DNA of 48,663 bases from a virus. The position numbers were made by a program, and so were the translations under genes. Where the stretch lies: IMG/VR virus record IMGVR_UViG_3300042379_000679. One strand, written 5' to 3'. Positions 1 to 7,109 of this stretch are shown in pieces. Numbering within the stretch: position 1 is the stretch's first letter; each line of letters starts with the position of its first letter. The notes beneath the pieces were generated by a model. That model did not search any database. It had not been told where the DNA came from and saw only the letters and a list, made by a program, of their open reading frames with translations.

Positions 1-374
1 AAAGCACCGGCCTGATCGGCCGGTGTGAAGTGGTTGAAGCTCAGAAAGCAAAGCACCGGCCTGATCGGCCGGTGTGAAGTGGTTGAAGCTCAGAAAGTAA
101 AGCACCGGCCTGATCGGCCGGTGTGAAGTGGTTGAAGCTCAGAAAGTAAAGCACCGGCCTGATCGGCCGGTGTGAAGTGGTTGAAGCTCAGAAAGCAAAG
201 CACCGGCCTGATCGGCCGGTGTGAAGTGGTTGAAGCTCAGAAAGCAAAGCACCGGCCTGATCGGCCGGTGTGAAGTGGTTGAAGCTCAGAAAGTAAAGCA
301 CCGGCCTGATCGGCCGGTGTGAAGTGGTTGAAGCTCAGAAAGTAAAGCACCGGCCTGATCGGCCGGTGTGAAGT
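1..374. repeat. Tandem array of a 49-bp unit, left part (7.6 units). It continues across the circular junction with 48292..48663.
   Basis: The unit AAGCACCGGCCTGATCGGCCGGTGTGAAGTGGTTGAAGCTCAGAAAG[C/T]A recurs with an exact 49-bp period. The only polymorphic base sits at 49,98,147,196,245,294,343 = C,T,T,C,C,T,T. The array breaks at 375. Each unit holds a perfect hairpin, CACCGGCC-TGATC-GGCCGGTG. Confidence 0.97.
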
Positions 375-433
375 TCACTTGCGTTTTGGTTGATTCAGCC
401 ACCATATCATAATCATCGACGGTAGACCGGCCA

Positions 434-464
434 CAATTATGAGTATTTCCGCAATTATGAGTAT
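434..464. repeat. Two direct copies of the 13-mer CAATTATGAGTAT, 18 bp apart
   Basis: Copies at 434-446 and 452-464, exactly identical. They lie between the stop of the 467..1300 gene and the tandem array. Confidence 0.8.
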
Positions 465-466
465 CA

Positions 467-1300
467 TCATTCCCCCAGTGTCCGATCATAGGTAAGTGGA
501 TTGACGCCCTTGATTCGACTCTTATCCTTTAAGATTAGGACCTTACCTTTATCGCGTAGAAACGTCAAGTCGTGATCATCCCCGTCAACAATACACAGTC
601 CACCGATTCCAGCGCGATAGACTCCAGAGACCCCAGACAATTCCTTATAGAGTGGTTTTGAGACTACTGCGCTACATCGGACGTTTTCAATCGTCGCTAT
701 TCTGTGGATATCCTCAAACGAATGTTCGGCCGCTACAAGCGAAAACGTCAAGTGATAGTTGATAGGTAAGACCCCAGAAACGCGCCGGTAGATTTTAGTA
801 TAGTCGTAAAATGTGATATCTGGACAATTTGCGAACAATTCGGGGTGTCTGATTTCATAGGCGATATCCGAAAAAGCGTTAAGTCTAACTGCGCCGGTCC
901 GGCCGGTCTTATCACACAGGCTCTGGAAATTGGTTAACTCTCTGGACAATTGCGCAATAAATTCAGACCGGAAACGAGAGTAGTAAAGCGTTCGATAGTA
1001 CTTACCTATGATTGAATTATCAAAACGATTCCTGCCGGCCGATATTCCGATACAATGTGTTTTACAGTGATTGTGCCTGGGACAGACATTAACTCCAGAA
1101 TGATCGGCCGGTAGAAGCGCAACATATGCGCTTCGATATTGTGGATAAAGTTTGTACGACTTTGCAAGTTTAGTGTTTTGAGTCTCTGCCGTACATAAAA
1201 TGGAATTCCTTTGAAAGTGCATGATCAGATCATGATCAGAGACCTCAGGTAAGGTTATTGCGCCGCCCGTATAGATTGATTGTGCCGATACTGTGGACAT
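467..1300 (-). CDS. GP88-like phage protein (Cys-cluster protein), function unknown
   Basis: 277-aa ORF. NTKLAKS...LLPADHSGVNVCPRHNHCKTHC (CP-x5-C-x3-C), VRLNAFSD and the C-terminal GDDHDLTFLRDKGKV resemble the GP88 family as I recall it. AGGA lies 9 nt upstream of the ATG. Confidence 0.75.
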   Translation of the reverse strand: MSTVSAQSIYTGGAITLPEVSDHDLIMHFQRNSILCTAETQNTKLAKSYKLYPQYRSAYVALLPADHSGVNVCPRHNHCKTHCIGISAGRNRFDNSIIGKYYRTLYYSRFRSEFIAQLSRELTNFQSLCDKTGRTGAVRLNAFSDIAYEIRHPELFANCPDITFYDYTKIYRRVSGVLPINYHLTFSLVAAEHSFEDIHRIATIENVRCSAVVSKPLYKELSGVSGVYRAGIGGLCIVDGDDHDLTFLRDKGKVLILKDKSRIKGVNPLTYDRTLGE

Positions 1301-1356
1301 TAGATCGATTCCTTATCTGTTGACTAATTCAGGGGAAACATTCCCCCGCCGCAAGT

Positions 1357-1385
1357 AGTATCGATCCGAATATCTGTATTTTCAA
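1357..1385 (-). promoter_or_regulatory. Candidate sigma70-type promoter for the 467..1300 gene
   Basis: The minus strand reads TTGAAA-17 nt-GATACT. Confidence 0.3.
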
Positions 1386-1516
1386 GCCATTTTTACGAGA
1401 TCGGACTGGAACGTAAGTCTCTGGCCTGGCTGGCCTTTGGGGCGATTTCTGGGGGCTGGCTGGCCCCCTGGAGGGGGCTGGATGGGCGAGCGTGTGCATG
1501 GGCGTGTTTGGCTTAG

Positions 1517-1620
1517 TGTCACTGTGTCACTGTATCCATGAGTGTCAGTGTATCACTGTGTCACTGTGTGGCCTCCTGCCTGATTATCAGGTGGTCGTAG
1601 TTCCGTAAGTGTCACTGTGC
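1517..1620 (+). repeat. Iteron cluster A: 6 copies of CA(C/G)TGT(A/G)T(C/G)
   Basis: CACTGTGTC 1520, CACTGTATC 1528, CAGTGTATC 1546, CACTGTGTC 1554, CACTGTGTG 1562, CACTGTGC 1613. All are in the same orientation, in an ORF-free region. Confidence 0.8.
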
Positions 1621-1642
1621 GAGTATGTTACGATTTTGGATC

Positions 1643-1668
1643 TGGCAGAATGGCAGAGAAGTGGCAGA
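1643..1668 (+). repeat. Three closely spaced TGGCAGA motifs
   Basis: TGGCAGA at 1643, 1651 and 1662. Related GTGGCAG copies occur near 1774 and 1877. Confidence 0.6.
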
Positions 1669-2011
1669 AAATGTCAACGATCTGGGCGAATGTTGAACAA
1701 ATTGCAAGGGAGCCAGAAGTCAACAAGATTGTGAAATAAAGAACGAAGTCCCGAGCCGGAGGGATTGGAGGTCAGTGGCAGGGTGACGGGCGTGAGCCTG
1801 GGGCGAGGGTGCTGGGCTGGCTCGTTTAGGCTTAATTAAGCGTGATTAGGTCCCAAAGCGAGCTTTTTTAAGAAAAGTGGCAGTGTGTGCAATCACAAAC
1901 CCTCCTCCCAATCTCCTCCCCTGAACCAATCATCACTAAGTTGTGTAAGATGGTGATATATGGTTTGCTGGTTAATAACTTACAACCTATCCCCGCGCCG
2001 TGTATGATGTT

Positions 2012-2049
2012 GCGTAAATAACAAAGAAGCCCAGCGGGTTGCTGGGCTT
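2012..2049 (-). terminator. Rho-independent terminator downstream of the 2079..2570 gene
   Basis: 9-bp stem AAGCCCAGC/GCTGGGCTT (2027-2049) with a 5-nt loop. On the minus strand it is followed by CTTTGTTATTT. Confidence 0.7.
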
Positions 2050-2078
2050 GAAATCGTATCTGGATTGTGGCGAGTGGA

Positions 2079-2570
2079 TCAGATCAGATAGAGTGGATTG
2101 CGTGCGAATTCAGGCCCATCGGCCCATCCTGTAAGTTTTTTTACCTGCTCAAGTTCATCCTCATGGATCATAACGCTCTCGGTTGTCAGAGTGTCGCCAA
2201 AGCGTTCAGCTATCTCGGGATGATCTTCGCGTAATTCAGCCCAAAATTCGTCTGCGGAATATTCAAAATCGACCGACACTCGAAACCAAGTCTCACCGTC
2301 ATGGTCAATGTAGATCAATTTCCAATCTTGAGTGGTATCATCCAGCTTCAGGAAAATACCTTCCCATTCGCCCCAACTGCTATCACTGCCACATTCAAAG
2401 GCTCCACGCCCGTTAGGCCAGCGGCACATCGTACCAGTCCAAGATTGACCAAATTCATTTTCGCCTCTAACGTCCCAGATCTCGCAACCAATCTCCAGTT
2501 CGGCGAGTTGATCGTGGGCGAAACTCATGCTTTTGGCTGTTTCGAGGTCTGCTGCTGTTTCGATTTTCAT
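2079..2570 (-). CDS. Hypothetical protein (163 aa)
   Basis: The 2079..2618 ORF is trimmed to the ATG at 2570, which is preceded by GGAAGGA. The product is Trp/acidic-rich with no recognisable domain. Confidence 0.7.
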   Translation of the reverse strand: MKIETAADLETAKSMSFAHDQLAELEIGCEIWDVRGENEFGQSWTGTMCRWPNGRGAFECGSDSSWGEWEGIFLKLDDTTQDWKLIYIDHDGETWFRVSVDFEYSADEFWAELREDHPEIAERFGDTLTTESVMIHEDELEQVKKLTGWADGPEFARNPLYLI

Positions 2571-2676
2571 CTGTCTCGATCCTTCCGTTGGAAACATGTT
2601 TACCATTTGAGATACCAACCAATCTGATCCAATATAACCACTGACCTGGCAACAAGCCAGATCATTTAATCCGCTT

Positions 2677-2868
2677 TCATCTGGTCAATTCCTGAAAAGT
2701 GTAAGCTGCAAGATCAGACGCAAATCCGGTGGAATCACCACACAGGCCCAACAGGCCTCCAGCCACGGTGTCATCCGGTTCGCAGTCCACAACGCAGCAT
2801 CGATTCGCATCCCAATAGTGATGCCCTGCGATAGGACCATAATTCCTGAATCGTACGTACAAGATCAT
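2677..2868 (-). CDS. Hypothetical small Cys-containing protein (63 aa)
   Basis: AAGGGG lies 7 nt upstream of the ATG, directly after the stop of the 2880..3089 gene, in operon context. Confidence 0.5.
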   Translation of the reverse strand: MILYVRFRNYGPIAGHHYWDANRCCVVDCEPDDTVAGGLLGLCGDSTGFASDLAAYTFQELTR

Positions 2869-2879
2869 GATTCTGCCCC

Positions 2880-3089
2880 TTACTTAGAGTCGCAATAAGT
2901 TTGGAAACCTTGGCCTGTTTTGAGATACCTGGTCGCAGCCACAGACGTTTCCAGACTCCACCCAAGCTCATCATGCAAATAATCGCAGATCGCAACTGCG
3001 GATCGTCTCTTGGCAAGATCTCTTGCCTGAGTCAACTGACCGTTGATCAAGCTCTCAGCCATAAATTCAAACGCTTCTGATCGTTTCAT
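2880..3089 (-). CDS. Hypothetical protein (69 aa)
   Basis: The 2880..3146 ORF is trimmed to the ATG at 3089 (AAGGGA upstream). The predicted TSS of the 3149..3177 promoter lies downstream of the 3146 ATG. Confidence 0.55.
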   Translation of the reverse strand: MKRSEAFEFMAESLINGQLTQARDLAKRRSAVAICDYLHDELGWSLETSVAATRYLKTGQGFQTYCDSK

Positions 3090-3148
3090 GATTCGTCGTC
3101 CCTTACTTGGTTTTGAGATTTCATCGAGAACATTTCCCCGACACACAA

Positions 3149-3177
3149 AATATATCGACCGGATGAGCCAGAGTCAA
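3149..3177 (-). promoter_or_regulatory. Sigma70-type promoter of the 3089->2079 mini-operon
   Basis: The minus strand reads TTGACT-17 nt-TATATT. A second TTGACA box lies just upstream at 3195-3200. Confidence 0.55.
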
Positions 3178-3313
3178 AAAGATTTCTCAAAAAATGTCAA
3201 CGGCCTTTGATCTAACTTAATGGCTTATTCCATAGGGTTTGACGCTGATTTGGGCCTGAACTTCGGCCTGAATATGGGTGCGCGTGTACATACGCCTATA
3301 GGCGTGCGTGAGG

Positions 3314-3487
3314 CAGTGTATCCCCGTAGGATATCATATTTAGCACTGTATCTATAAGTATCACTGTATGACACTGTATCTGGGTAGATCACTGTATCTA
3401 TATTTGGCACTGTATCCGAATAAGGCACTGTATAGGTGTAGAGTGGTGTAGGACAGTGTATCAGGAGTCAGTTTACACCAGTGTATC
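3314..3487 (+). repeat. Iteron cluster B: 9 direct copies of CA(C/G)TGTAT(C/G/A)
   Basis: Copies start at 3314, 3344, 3362, 3372, 3390, 3408, 3426, 3454 and 3479. Four of the eight successive spacings are exactly 18 bp. Confidence 0.85.
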
Positions 3488-3489
3488 TA

Positions 3490-4240
3490 TAAGGCTGAAT
3501 ATACTACTGAGTGGGATACTGAACAAAGTTATACTTTGCATTTTACGTCTGTAATACTTCAGAGACAGAAGACGACCTTTTCCCCTACACTACACCTGAC
3601 TCACATCTTGTTTCCTCTAGGCCTTGTATGAGAATCCTCATATCACCTATCAGAAACCTGTGAATCCTGATTCAACTCAACCTTAGACGTCATTTCCCAC
3701 TTAAGGGAACATTCCATCTGGCTGAAAGAATCTGGTAGTGGGCGAATACTAGGTCTGGTCAGCTTACCGATTAGACTCGTTTTAGTGTAGGGACCAGGTT
3801 GTTAGGTATCAACAGTGCCTGGATTCGATAGTGAGTCTACCCGTCAAGCCGAATGGCGATCCTCATTTACCACTGTCCAGTGCTGCACTCAGCGAGCGTT
3901 CGTCAAACGCCTTCCCCCTGGACACTCATCTATCACTCACTGACCCTTGCCGGAGGATCTGACCAACTTCCCAGTACTGGGTATGTGTGGCAAGGAAACC
4001 TGTACTACGATATTGATCGCGTTTTTAGGCTGTCAGCGTTTTCTTGTCAAAGAGTTGTGAGATATACGACGGATGCGATCCAGTTCGCGTATAGGCGGGT
4101 GATTGACTCACCACTTATCTTGCCTCCGTCACCCAGTTTAACCGTCGGTTCATGCTGGGTAGTAGATTCAGCTCTCGCTGATGAGGGGGTTATCGTATTC
4201 AGCGCAAGGCTTGGTCCGCTCTTTTTCAACCCTGATCTCA
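3490..4240 (-). ncRNA. Candidate non-coding transcript or leader, unclassified
   Basis: A consensus promoter at 4247-4275 fires into about 750 nt. On that strand there is no ORF with a ribosome-binding site, only ATG-ORFs of 23 aa or fewer once the one overlapping the -10 box is excluded. Confidence 0.25.
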
Positions 4241-4246
4241 CCATCA

Positions 4247-4275
4247 ATTGTACATCACCCTCATATCCATGTCAA
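4247..4275 (-). promoter_or_regulatory. Strong sigma70-type promoter pointing left into the ORF-free region
   Basis: The minus strand reads GTTGACA-17 nt-TACAAT. Confidence 0.55.
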
Positions 4276-4417
4276 CGACCTACCAAACGCATAGCTTGAC
4301 AGACTTACAAAAACGTATAAACACCATATATCCCACCCTCCCATTAAACTATAAGCCCTTACATTATAACGGATTGGCGAGTTTTTAAAAAATATGTACA
4401 TAAAATTTAGTCGCGTA

Positions 4418-4446
4418 TTGACATTCATATGTCGATAGACTAACAT
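4418..4446 (+). promoter_or_regulatory. Promoter of the rightward early operon (4493-7874)
   Basis: TTGACA-17 nt-TAACAT. The spacer contains TATGTCGATA, which is also found at 11481. Confidence 0.5.
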
Positions 4447-4492
4447 TCCTCCAAGGCTGGAACACATAAGAAACGTCACACAGGGAGGATCG

Positions 4493-4894
4493 ATGGCGAA
4501 CTCGCTCAAGTACTCAACAGAATTTAATCCAGGTCAACTGGCAGCTATGAAGGGCATCCTGAGAAAGAATGGATGGGAGACAGAGGATACGATTGTCAAC
4601 GGCATCGAACTCTATGCATTTGGGTATGGATATGCCATCGCTGACTGGAAAAAGATCTGGTCCGAAAAACCTTTCCCTGAAGACTTCCCTTATATACCGC
4701 TTCTCATGCTACCTCACCATAAACTGCTGGGAAAGATCCAGCACGACATTAACCATAATCCAGACCGCAAACGTCACATGGAGAAGATGCACGAAAAGGC
4801 CTACTTGACTTACGTTGAGTCTTACCAAACAGATTGGGAGTCTCAAGACTTGCTTTATAGATACAAAAAACTGATGAAAGAGGCTCAAGTATGA
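4493..4894 (+). CDS. Hypothetical protein (133 aa)
   Basis: GGGAGGA lies 4 nt upstream of the ATG. It is the first gene of a tightly packed operon. Confidence 0.8.
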   Translation: MANSLKYSTEFNPGQLAAMKGILRKNGWETEDTIVNGIELYAFGYGYAIADWKKIWSEKPFPEDFPYIPLLMLPHHKLLGKIQHDINHNPDRKRHMEKMHEKAYLTYVESYQTDWESQDLLYRYKKLMKEAQV

Positions 4895-5229
4895 GGTTCA
4901 ATACAAAAATACAGTTCACAACAGATCTCAGCGAGCCTGAGAAAGAGTATGTCAATGACTGCCTGATCTCACGCATGTATGAGTACTTCTCCAAAGAGTT
5001 CGAGACAGTGGCTCAAGTGGCAACAAAGTTTTGCCTGGATGGTAAAGGAGTCTGCCTGTTTGCTACCAGCTACAGGAACGAGATGGACGAGGTCATGATT
5101 ATTGGCGTTGAAACAAAGGATTTAGCCACAGCCAAGTATTTGCAAGACGAGTTCCATGAATCCATGCGTGAGTTTGCTGAAGAAGGTTCCGAATTTACAT
5201 CCTCCTGGATCAACCCAGAACTTAACTGA
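4891..5229 (+). CDS. Hypothetical protein (112 aa)
   Basis: ATGA stop/start overlap with the upstream gene. Confidence 0.75.
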   Translation: MRFNTKIQFTTDLSEPEKEYVNDCLISRMYEYFSKEFETVAQVATKFCLDGKGVCLFATSYRNEMDEVMIIGVETKDLATAKYLQDEFHESMREFAEEGSEFTSSWINPELN

Positions 5230-5238
5230 GAGAGAATC

Positions 5239-5463
5239 ATGATCAAGGCCACAACATATACTCCTGTTTACGACAGGACAAAAGAACAAGAAGACTCCCC
5301 AGGTTTCATCGATAAACGCACCTTAAAAATCGCCTGGTGGCTCCTGAAGGATCGTCGAGACTGGCTTGTCCATGGTGAATCACCTACAGGCTGGACTGAT
5401 AAAGTTGCCATGGCAAGGGAAGTCCAGAGAATCATGGATTTGATCGAGGAGCATTTCAAATGA
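5239..5463 (+). CDS. Hypothetical protein (74 aa)
   Basis: Operon context, with GAGAGA upstream of the ATG. Confidence 0.65.
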   Translation: MIKATTYTPVYDRTKEQEDSPGFIDKRTLKIAWWLLKDRRDWLVHGESPTGWTDKVAMAREVQRIMDLIEEHFK

Positions 5464-5606
5464 ACGCTGACGAAAAATGCCCTGACTGCGAAGAGGTTTG
5501 GGTGCTGTGTGAGTGCGAGGCTTATTGCGAGAAGTGCGGTAAGCACGAAGAAAAATGCCTGTGCGTAGATAACGAATGGGAGACCGAAACTGATGACGAT
5601 GAATAA
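5460..5606 (+). CDS. Cys-rich microprotein (48 aa), zinc-ribbon-like
   Basis: Not in the ORF track because it is under 60 aa. It has an ATGA overlap with the upstream gene. Translation: MNADEKCPDCEEVWVLCECEAYCEKCGKHEEKCLCVDNEWETETDDDE (8 Cys: CxxC, CxC, CxxC, CxC). Confidence 0.5.
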   Translation: MNADEKCPDCEEVWVLCECEAYCEKCGKHEEKCLCVDNEWETETDDDE

Positions 5607-5808
5607 AGACGAAACCCTGCATTCCCTGATAGGCATCCAGCCGAGACACCTGAGGTTGGCACAGTTCCACCTAAACAACTATTTCCGGTTGCTAAGTGAG
5701 CAGATGCAAGAAGGAGACGATTTCACAAAAACAACAATCTCGGAGTTACGGTATTTGGACCGTTTGATTTCTGGCATATTCGGAGACGATTTTAATGCGA
5801 GTTCCTGA
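5593..5808 (+). CDS. Hypothetical protein (71 aa)
   Basis: Operon context. Confidence 0.55.
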   Translation: MTMNKDETLHSLIGIQPRHLRLAQFHLNNYFRLLSEQMQEGDDFTKTTISELRYLDRLISGIFGDDFNASS

Positions 5809-6031
5809 ACTAAGTTGCGGCAAATTCCTTGGCTACCGCATTTTGTGTAGAGGCGGTCTTCAAATCTACCTCAGTTCGGTGGAAGGAGTCGTGACGGCAG
5901 ATCTGAACGATCTTCTAGATTTTGCTAAAAATATTGCCCCAAAGATGACATCGATATACGTTTACGAGTCTTACGAGGATCTTTACGCCTTGAGATACTC
6001 TCGCAAATTAGGCGAATGGAGTGGGACCTGA
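5795..6031 (+). CDS. Hypothetical protein (78 aa)
   Basis: Operon context. Confidence 0.55.
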   Translation: MRVPELSCGKFLGYRILCRGGLQIYLSSVEGVVTADLNDLLDFAKNIAPKMTSIYVYESYEDLYALRYSRKLGEWSGT

Positions 6032-6356
6032 TGACCGAGAACACATACAAGAACGAATTAAAATTCCCACAACTCTATTACTCGCAATGACAACGAGGTT
6101 AAAGGTGGACGAGAGTAGAGAACTTGTATCGATTGATCCCGACCTGATCACGATTAACTCTTTGACTGTAAACGGCATCACAATCGAACTCATGAAAGAG
6201 AAAGAGGAATGCCCACTAGGCATACCCTACATCCTTCGCACAACGCCGAGAATCATGACAGGTGAAGACCCGTGTTGGTTTGGGCAATATTGGAAAGCTC
6301 AAATACATTTCAAGCGAATGGTAAATCGCGTGTCACCAATGATTGAGAGGAATTGA
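6021..6356 (+). CDS. Hypothetical protein (111 aa, GTG start) carrying an ERIxIPTTLLLAM segment
   Basis: The N-terminal QERIKIPTTLLLAM is shared with the C-terminus of the 7106..7372 product. The nucleotide differences in the shared codons include two synonymous changes. Confidence 0.55.
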   Translation: MGPDDREHIQERIKIPTTLLLAMTTRLKVDESRELVSIDPDLITINSLTVNGITIELMKEKEECPLGIPYILRTTPRIMTGEDPCWFGQYWKAQIHFKRMVNRVSPMIERN

Positions 6357-6358
6357 AG

Positions 6359-6550
6359 ATGGACAAGAGCAGAAAAATTGTATTTCACATGGCTCGTAGA
6401 GCGATTTGGGCCAAAAGAGAGTTGCGAAAATTTGACAAGTCGGGATTTCAGAACCCGCATATGCGATTTGCGATTCACTTGGCATCCAACGAGGCTCATG
6501 AATGCTATCGGGTTGCGAAAATGGTTCTTAAAGAGGCGAAGTTTGACTAA
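6359..6550 (+). CDS. Hypothetical basic protein (63 aa)
   Basis: The ATG at 6359 lies 8 nt after GAGAGGA. The track ORF 6353 uses an upstream TTG. Confidence 0.55.
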   Translation: MDKSRKIVFHMARRAIWAKRELRKFDKSGFQNPHMRFAIHLASNEAHECYRVAKMVLKEAKFD

Positions 6551-6657
6551 TGGTTGACTCCGTACTGGAATGGGCCTCACTGATCTCCGCAATCGTTGGT
6601 TGCATGGTGACGTTGCTACTGGTCGTGATTGAGATATCTAATAGACCTCGAATATGA
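6550..6657 (+). CDS. Small single-pass membrane peptide (35 aa)
   Basis: Not in the track. Translation: MVDSVLEWASLISAIVGCMVTLLLVVIEISNRPRI. Its start overlaps the upstream stop (TAATG), and its stop overlaps the next start. Confidence 0.4.
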   Translation: MVDSVLEWASLISAIVGCMVTLLLVVIEISNRPRI

Positions 6658-7109
6658 AACGGAAGGTGATGAAGATGAGTGATAGCGACATGGCCTCAAA
6701 ACTGATTGCAGTGATTGTTGAACAACGAAACCAAATCGTCGAGCTAGAATCCCAGATTTCCAGGATAGACAAGGCCAATACAGATCTTCTGGGCCAATAC
6801 GTTGAGGCTGCGGAGCGAGCCAGAGAACTGAAGATAGAACTCAACGCAAAACCTGATCCACCAGAACCGGAGGATGCTTATCTGAGCGACTTTAGGGTGC
6901 TGAAAACGGCGATTGAGATAGTCTCGTATGCAATGGACTCAAGGTCTAGAGACTTTGAATCAGCAATCTGCACAGAGACAAAGCGTCTCATCAGAAGTTT
7001 CACCGAGAATGTGAGACTGTGGGATGGGCTGGACGATCTTGAACCGTACCTATGGAGCAGTTTGGGATCTGGAGAAGAACACCTTGTCGATAGGGAGTGG
7101 AAAAAATGA
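6654..7109 (+). CDS. Hypothetical coiled-coil protein (151 aa)
   Basis: Operon context. The start is uncertain, with in-frame ATGs at 6669 and 6675. Confidence 0.7.
   Translation: MKRKVMKMSDSDMASKLIAVIVEQRNQIVELESQISRIDKANTDLLGQYVEAAERARELKIELNAKPDPPEPEDAYLSDFRVLKTAIEIVSYAMDSRSRDFESAICTETKRLIRSFTENVRLWDGLDDLEPYLWSSLGSGEEHLVDREWKK

Noticed and set aside
1-374. Canonical CRISPR array
   Set aside because: The whole 49-bp period is identical apart from one C/T base. There are no unique spacers and no cas genes are present, so it is a plain tandem repeat. A repeat-mimic idea is kept only as a hypothesis.
1-374. A genuine direct terminal repeat of about 370 bp
   Set aside because: The two end arrays differ at the sixth polymorphic position (294 T vs 48585 C). 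Only a 127-bp overlap is exact.
286-489. ORFs drawn through the tandem array (286..489, 48094..48396, 48116..48319)
   Set aside because: Their translations are periodic read-through of a 49-bp unit, which is not a multiple of 3. They have no RBS, and the portal N-terminal extension KREKNKKQKK is just an A/T-rich tract.
2771-3016. 81-aa minus-strand ORF overlapping 2677..2868 and 2880..3089
   Set aside because: It is out of frame with two better-supported small genes that have SD sequences.
3225-3428. 67-aa ORF on the minus strand
   Set aside because: It lies entirely within the iteron cluster. Its peptide is a periodic translation of CACTGTATC repeats (DTV..DTV).
3853-4299. 148-aa + strand ORF, plus minus-strand ORFs 4047..4247 and 4261..4509
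   Set aside because: They have no RBS and a low-complexity, atypical composition. 4047..4247 starts inside the -10 box of the 4247-4275 promoter, and 4261..4509 runs antisense through both promoters.
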